Assembly (NCBI GenBank): GCA_031367905.1
Contig: JANLQQ010000154.1
Location: forward strand, 5,344-69,343
Source of the DNA: Novosphingobium sp.
GTDB lineage: Bacteria > Pseudomonadota > Alphaproteobacteria > Sphingomonadales > Sphingomonadaceae
DNA: 64,000 nucleotides
Direction of reading: 5' to 3'
Shown here: in pieces, positions 58,501 to 64,000 of the stretch
Layout: each line of letters starts with the position of its first letter
Numbering within the stretch: position 1 is the first letter of the stretch
Translations under genes and position numbers: made by a program
The notes under the pieces: generated by a model
Told to the model about the DNA's origin: nothing
Databases searched by the model: none
What the model saw: the letters and a program-made list of their open reading frames with translations, nothing else

Positions 58501-60343
58501 CGGCAATGGGATGTTGCTATCGACGGCGCTGCAAGTGGTCGCCGCTTTCGATCACCGCCACATCTTTCTTGATCCCACGCCCGATCCGGCGAAATCTCAT
58601 GCTGAGCGAGCCCGGATGTTCGCGCTGCCGCGTTCCAGCTGGGAAGATTACGACAAGGCGCTGATTTCAAGGGGCGGAGGGGTGTTCGCGCGCAGCCTCA
58701 AAGAAATCCCACTGAGCCCGCAAATTCGCGAAATGCTGGGAGTTGAGGCCAAGTCGATCGATCCCGACAACCTGATAACCGCAATCCTCAAAAGCAAGAT
58801 TGACCTGTTGTGGTTCGGCGGGATCGGCACTTATGTGAAGAGCTCTGCGGAAAACAATGTCGATGTCGGCGATCCGGCCAATGATGCGCTGCGGATCGAT
58901 GGCGCGGAGGTTGGCGCCCGGGTGATTGGCGAAGGGGCCAACCTTGGGTGCACCCAGGCCGGTCGCATCGAGTTTGCATTGGCTAATGGCCGGATCAACA
59001 CCGATTTCATCGACAATTCGGCCGGGGTCGATTGTTCGGATAATGAGGTCAATATCAAGATCGCGCTGGCTTCGGCCAAGCGGGCCGGGCGCTTGTCTGA
59101 ACCGGCGCGGGTCAGTTTGCTTGTTTCGATGACCGAGCAAGTTGGCGCTCTGGTCCTCGAAGACAACCGGCTGCAGGCCCTCGCGCTCTCGATTGCCGAA
59201 GCCGGCGGCGCTGCGGCGGCAGCGTCGCATACCCGGCTGATCGAAACGCTGGAAACCAGTGGCCACCTTGATCGCAAGACCGAGGGTCTAGCCTCAAGCG
59301 ATGTGCTGGCCCGCCGCGCTGCCGATGGTCACGGACTGACCCGGCCCGAACTGGCGGTAATCTTGTCGAGCACCAAGCTGGTCTTGCAGGATGCCCTGGA
59401 ACACAGCGCCTTGCCCGATGATCCAGCGCTGGTCGATGAATTGCTGGCCGCTTTCCCGGCACCGATGCGGGCCAAATTCAAGGGCGATATCCTTGGCCAC
59501 CGGCTGCGCCGCGAAATCATCGCGACCAAGCTGGCCAACCGGATGGTCAACCGGCTCGGCCTGATCCATCCGTTTGAGCTGGTCGAAGAAGAAGGCGCGA
59601 CCCTGGCCCAAGTGACTGCGGCTTTCGTCACCGCCGAGCGGCTGCTGGGGATGGGTCCGATCTGGAACCGGATCGAAACCACCGCCATGCCCGAAGCCGC
59701 CCGCATCCTGCTGTTTGACCGCGCGGCAGCAGCGATGGTCACCCATATGGTCGATCTGCTGCGGGTCAGCGGGGGCCTTGCCGAGCCCGCCCGGATGATC
59801 GCCGAACTCTCTGCCGGGGTGACGGAGCTTTCCAATGCCACCGGCATTCTGCTTTCGGCCGAGGCGAAATTGCAATCGGCCCGGATGTGCGCCGATTTCA
59901 CTGCGGCCGGTGCGCCCGGCGCAGTCAGCGCGATGGTAGCGCATCTGTATGACATCGACGGGGTAATCGGCCTCGCCATGCTGTCACGCCAAAGCGGAAC
60001 CCCGGCGGCGGTGCTGACCAGCGCATTCAGCGATATCGGTGCACGACTGGGGCTGGATTGGGCCCAGCAGACCGCCGAGCGGATGAGACCGTCCGACCCG
60101 TGGGAGCGCCTGCTGGTCAACGGATTGGCCCGCGATTTCCAGCATATGCGGCTCGATTTCCTGCGCCGCGCGGCGGGCGGGAAACTCGGTCCCGGGGCGG
60201 CGGTTGAGTGCTGGGCCGAGGCGCAGGCCCCGGCGATCGGCCAGTTCCGCGCGATGGTTGGCCGGGCCCAAACCGCCGCTTCGGTGGCGCCGGCCATGCT
60301 CGCCCAGATCGCCAGCCAAGCGCGCAATTTGCTGGGGCGTTAA
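55580..60343 (+). CDS. Large NAD-specific glutamate dehydrogenase (GdhB/GdhZ type)
   Basis: 1587 aa; [71 protein letters not shown]. Confidence 0.95.
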   Translation: [1587 protein letters not shown]

Positions 60344-60347
60344 TTCC

Positions 60348-60438
60348 CGTCGTCCCCGGCTTGACCAGGGATCGCTGGCCTCGTCGAAGCGAAGGCGGAA
60401 TGATGAGGCCAGCGGTCCCGGATCAAGTCCGGGACGAC
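60348..60438. repeat. CGTC-type REP dimer (inverted pair of palindromic units)
   Basis: CGTCGTCCCCGGCTTGACCAGGGATCGCTGGCCTC ... GAGGCCAGCGGTCCCGGATCAAGTCCGGGACGAC; long stem between convergent genes. Confidence 0.75.
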
Positions 60439-61505
60439 AAATCTAGCTCGTCCAACGCCCAGCGCGCCGCTTCGGCCACGGTTTCGTCGGGATCGACCGT
60501 CAGCGCCGTAACCTGCGCCAGCAGCCCCGCGTCACCGCTATTCCCCGCCGCAATCAGGCAATTGCGCACAAACCGGTCGCGCCCGATCCGCTTGATCGGA
60601 GAGCCGGAGAACAGGGCCCGAAAGCCCGCATCGTCCAGCGCCAGCAGCTCGGCGAGGCGCGGTGCGGCCAGTTCGGCGCGCGGCAGGAACGCCCGATTGG
60701 CCTGCGCGGCGTGCGCAAATTTGTTCCACGGGCAGACCGCCAGGCAATCATCACAGCCATAAATCCGGTTGCCGATGGCGCGGCGAAACTCGAGCGGTAT
60801 CGGCCCCTTGTGTTCGATCGTCAGGTAACTGATGCAGCGCCGCGCATCGAGCTGGTAAGGGGCCGGAAAAGCATCAGTCGGACAGGCCGTCTGGCAGGCG
60901 TTGCACGATCCGCAATGGTCTTTTTCGGGATCATCCGGGGTGAATTCAAGCGTGGTGTAGATCGAGCCGAGGAACAGCCAGCTGCCCTCGCTGCGGCTGA
61001 CCAGATTGGTATGCTTGCCCTGCCAGCCAAGGCCCGCCGCTGCGCCCAGCGGCTTTTCCATCACCGGGGCGGTATCGACGAACACCTTTACCCCGGCCTC
61101 CCCAAGCCCGCGTTTACCACCCTCATCCACCAGCCAGCGGGCCAGCGCCTTCAGCGCTTTTTTGACTGTATCATGATAATCCTTGCCTTGGGCATAGACC
61201 GAAATCCGCCCCCGATCCGGCGCCCCAGCCAAGACAAGCGGATCGGCCGCCGGGGCATAGCTCATCCCCAGCGCGATGACGCTGTGCGCCTCTGCCCATA
61301 GGCCCTGCGGCGAACGGCGGTGGTGGCTGCGTTCCTCCATCCAGCCCATCGAACCGTGGTTGCCGCCTTCCAGCCATTGCTCCAGCCGGGCGGCGCGCAG
61401 TGGATCTTCGCCTGCTGCGGTAAACCCGCATTGGGCAAAGCCCAGCCGCATGGCTTCGGTCACCAGATCGGCCTTTAATTCTTCAAGAACTGCGGCATTA
61501 ACCAA
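60423..61505 (-). CDS. queG: Epoxyqueuosine reductase
   Basis: [57 protein letters not shown]. Confidence 0.95.
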   Translation of the reverse strand: MVNAAVLEELKADLVTEAMRLGFAQCGFTAAGEDPLRAARLEQWLEGGNHGSMGWMEERSHHRRSPQGLWAEAHSVIALGMSYAPAADPLVLAGAPDRGRISVYAQGKDYHDTVKKALKALARWLVDEGGKRGLGEAGVKVFVDTAPVMEKPLGAAAGLGWQGKHTNLVSRSEGSWLFLGSIYTTLEFTPDDPEKDHCGSCNACQTACPTDAFPAPYQLDARRCISYLTIEHKGPIPLEFRRAIGNRIYGCDDCLAVCPWNKFAHAAQANRAFLPRAELAAPRLAELLALDDAGFRALFSGSPIKRIGRDRFVRNCLIAAGNSGDAGLLAQVTALTVDPDETVAEAARWALDELDLSSRT

Positions 61506-61572
61506 ACTTGCTGTTGCTCCTGTTCACAGGGCGGGCATTATCGAACCCGAGATGAAGTTAGGGGAATACAAC

Positions 61573-62538
61573 TTGGCGAGCAACGCGGGCGGTGGGGCGG
61601 CACGGCCGCTGGCGATTGAAGCGCGCGGGATAGTGAAGCGGTTCGATGGCTTCACGGCGGTTGACGGGGTCGATCTAGCGGTCCCGGAAGGTTCGATTTA
61701 CGGCATTCTTGGCCCCAATGGCGCGGGCAAAACCACGACCTTGCGGATGCTGCTGGGAATTATCGATCCTGATTCAGGGGTGCGCCGGATTTTGGGCCAT
61801 GATCGCCCGCATGAGATTGCCCACGCGATCGGCTATCTACCCGAAGAACGCGGGCTCTACCCCTCGATGAAGGCCTATGAGGCGATTGCCTTTGTTGGCG
61901 CCCTGCGTGGCCTGCCGCTGGCTGAAGGGCGCAAGCGCGGGCGGGCGCTGCTTGAGGAACACGGCCTCGGCTATGCCGCCGACCGCCAGATCCGCCAGCT
62001 TTCCAAAGGCATGGCCCAGCAGGTTCAGCTGCTGGGCACGCTGGTTCACGAGCCCCGGCTGGTTATCTTTGACGAACCGTTTTCGGGGCTTGACGCAATT
62101 AACCAGGGCAGGCTGGAACGGATGATCCGCGCGCTGGCGGCGCGCGGCACCACGGTCATCTTCTCAACCCATGTGATCGCCCATGCCGAGCGGTTGTGCG
62201 ATGAAGTGGCGATCATTGCTGGCGGGCGCGTGCCGTTTGCCGGGCCGGTCGATGTCGCGCGGGATCGGATCCGGCCTCAGGTGCGGCTTGAGACCAGGCT
62301 GCGCGATGGCGTCTGGCGCAAGGCGCTGCCAGCCGACGCGCGGACCGAGGGAAATTTCTGGTATTTTTCGCTCCCTGAAACCGGGATCGAACCGCTGCTC
62401 CGCGCCCTGATCGAAAGCGAGGCCGGGATCCTCTCGCTCTCGATCGAACGGGCCGGGCTGCATGATGCGTTCGTGGCGATTGCTGGCCAAGCGGCGGCGC
62501 GCGCCCTTGAAGAAGGCACCACGGAGGAGCAACGCTGA
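61573..62538 (+). CDS. ABC-2 transporter ATP-binding protein (NatA-like)
   Basis: GPNGAGKTT, LSKGMAQ, DEPFSGLD; start TTG 61573 (GGGGA RBS) or ATG 61552. Confidence 0.9.
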   Translation: MASNAGGGAARPLAIEARGIVKRFDGFTAVDGVDLAVPEGSIYGILGPNGAGKTTTLRMLLGIIDPDSGVRRILGHDRPHEIAHAIGYLPEERGLYPSMKAYEAIAFVGALRGLPLAEGRKRGRALLEEHGLGYAADRQIRQLSKGMAQQVQLLGTLVHEPRLVIFDEPFSGLDAINQGRLERMIRALAARGTTVIFSTHVIAHAERLCDEVAIIAGGRVPFAGPVDVARDRIRPQVRLETRLRDGVWRKALPADARTEGNFWYFSLPETGIEPLLRALIESEAGILSLSIERAGLHDAFVAIAGQAAARALEEGTTEEQR

Positions 62539-63782
62539 TGGCCAATCGTACCAAACCCGCCGGGCGCCTTTCCATCTTGCAGGCCGCGCTGGTCATCGCC
62601 CGGCGCGATTTCACCGCGATCCTGTTCAGCCGCAGTTTCTTTTTCTTCCTGCTTGGCCCGCTGTTCCCGGTGCTGGTCGGAACGCTGGCTGGCGGGGTCG
62701 GGCAGCAGGTGCAACAAAACGCTGAGCGGCCTGAGTTGGGCATTGCGATGTCTGCGGCCGATATTGCTGCGATGCAATTGGCCAACCGGCAGCTCGCCGC
62801 GCGGCTTGGTCAAGTCCTGCCCGAATTTACGGTACTCAAAAAGCTTGGCCCGGGCGAGGCGTTCGATCCTACCGCCGCAATGAAGCGCAGCCGCACCAAC
62901 CTTGCCGCAATCCTCAGCGGCACCCCTGCCAGCCCCGTGCTGACCGGTCCGGCCGCGCGGATCAAGCCCTGGCAGGGGCCAGTTTCACTGGTCGCAGCCC
63001 AGGCGCTCGGCAATGCACCCACCGCCTATCCTGCGGTGGCGCTTAGCAGCCTGGCGACCAGTTCGGCTGATCAGACGCGGGGCAAAATGCTGACCGCACA
63101 AGCCGGTCAGACGTTGTTGTTCCTGCTGACCATGCTGCTGGCTGGCATGGTCCTGTCCAATCTGGTTGAGGAAAAGGGCAACAAGATCATCGAAATCCTT
63201 GCTGCTGCAATCCCGATGGACGCGGTGTTCCTGGGCAAGCTGTTTGCCATGCTCGCCGTCTCGCTGGTCGGGATCGCGGTCTGGGGCGTGGCGGGTGCAG
63301 TGATCGGCTTGATCGCAGGACAGGCGCTGCCCGCACTGACAGCTCCGGCGGTTGGTTGGCCGTTGTTCCTGGGGCTGGGGGTGGCCTATTTCGCAATGGG
63401 CTACCTGCTACTCGGCTCGCTGTTCCTGGCAATCGGTTCAATGGCGACGACCGTGCGCGAAGTGCAGACGCTGTCGATGCCGGTGACCATGATGCAACTG
63501 ATGGTGTTCTTCTTTGCCAGCTTTGCGATGTCGCGACCCGGTTCGCCGCTTGAGCTGGCGGCGATCATCGTGCCGTTCAGCTCGCCGTTTGCGATGCTGG
63601 CCCGGGCGGCGCAGGATCCGGCAGTCTGGCCGCATGTTGCAGCGCTCGCCTGGCAGGCGCTGTGTGTGGCCGTCTTCGTCCGCGCTGGGGCCGCACTGTT
63701 TCGCAAACGGGTGATGCAATCGGGACCGGCGCGGGGCAAGGCAAAGTATGGCGGATTATTCCGCCGCGCCCGTTCCGCCTAA
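62538..63782 (+). CDS. ABC-2 transporter permease (NatB-like)
   Basis: IARRDF; one TM plus large loop plus five TMs; VEEKGNKIIEIL. Confidence 0.88.
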   Translation: MANRTKPAGRLSILQAALVIARRDFTAILFSRSFFFFLLGPLFPVLVGTLAGGVGQQVQQNAERPELGIAMSAADIAAMQLANRQLAARLGQVLPEFTVLKKLGPGEAFDPTAAMKRSRTNLAAILSGTPASPVLTGPAARIKPWQGPVSLVAAQALGNAPTAYPAVALSSLATSSADQTRGKMLTAQAGQTLLFLLTMLLAGMVLSNLVEEKGNKIIEILAAAIPMDAVFLGKLFAMLAVSLVGIAVWGVAGAVIGLIAGQALPALTAPAVGWPLFLGLGVAYFAMGYLLLGSLFLAIGSMATTVREVQTLSMPVTMMQLMVFFFASFAMSRPGSPLELAAIIVPFSSPFAMLARAAQDPAVWPHVAALAWQALCVAVFVRAGAALFRKRVMQSGPARGKAKYGGLFRRARSA

Positions 63783-63914
63783 GCCAGCCCGCACCATAAT
63801 CGCGCCAGACAATCGCGCACCGATCCGGCGGCTCTATTGACACGGCGGTAAGTTAGGCGGGATAAGTCTCGACCCGCAACTGACCAGTCAAGCAAGCGTT
63901 CAAGAGGATCCCAG

Positions 63915-64000
63915 ATGGCCAGCAACCCGCAAGTTGGAACCCCTGCTTTCACCTATCGCACCGCGCCCAGCGCGACCGATGCGTTTGATGATTGGTGCAA
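63915..64000 (+). CDS. Start of a CDS truncated by the window edge (product not identifiable)
   Basis: GAGGA RBS then ATG, MASNPQVGTPAFTYRTAPSATDAFDDWC; upstream TTGACA (63837) and TGAC-CA-GTCA palindrome (63881-63890). Confidence 0.55.
   Translation, partial: MASNPQVGTPAFTYRTAPSATDAFDDWC

Noticed and set aside
2223-61505. gluQ and queG as a queuosine gene cluster
   Set aside because: About 57 kb apart in unrelated operons; co-occurrence in the window is incidental.
1-64000. CRISPR arrays, tRNA/rRNA genes, IS transposases
   Set aside because: None recognised by eye; short structured RNAs could be missed without tRNAscan-SE or Infernal.

Overview
GC-rich alphaproteobacterial chromosome window, most consistent with a sphingomonad (Novosphingobium/Erythrobacteraceae-like gene content). 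Most of it is housekeeping: rpoN (5'-truncated), gluQ, pduO-type adenosyltransferase, hbd, holA-lptE-leuS, phbB, chrA, murA, galU, an acyl-CoA ligase/P450 operon, M23 peptidase, bcp, glnE, agmatine deiminase, thrS, phoD, large NAD-glutamate dehydrogenase, queG and an ABC-2 pair. A ~23.5 kb Wzx/Wzy capsule/EPS locus lies between hbd and holA (about 4973-28426). The most striking feature is a three-gene phage-structural-like cassette in the middle of that locus (11217-15108): a small beta-rich protein, an SGNH esterase and a tailspike-like beta-helix protein, with no capsid, terminase or integrase in the window. My leading hypothesis is a capsule-matched receptor-binding/spike module for a gene transfer agent; the alternative is a domesticated capsule-editing system. 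The second candidate system is a WaaL-like ligase next to a small secreted 4-Cys protein with a C-terminal membrane anchor (possible protein-anchored glycan). Also seen: a likely M28 peptidase deletion remnant, a 44-aa ORF missing from the track, RIME- and REP-like palindromic elements, a CtrA box, a Pho box, an XRE operator and a GANTC cluster. I saw no rRNA, tRNA, CRISPR array or transposase. All family calls come from motif recognition by eye; no database searches were run.
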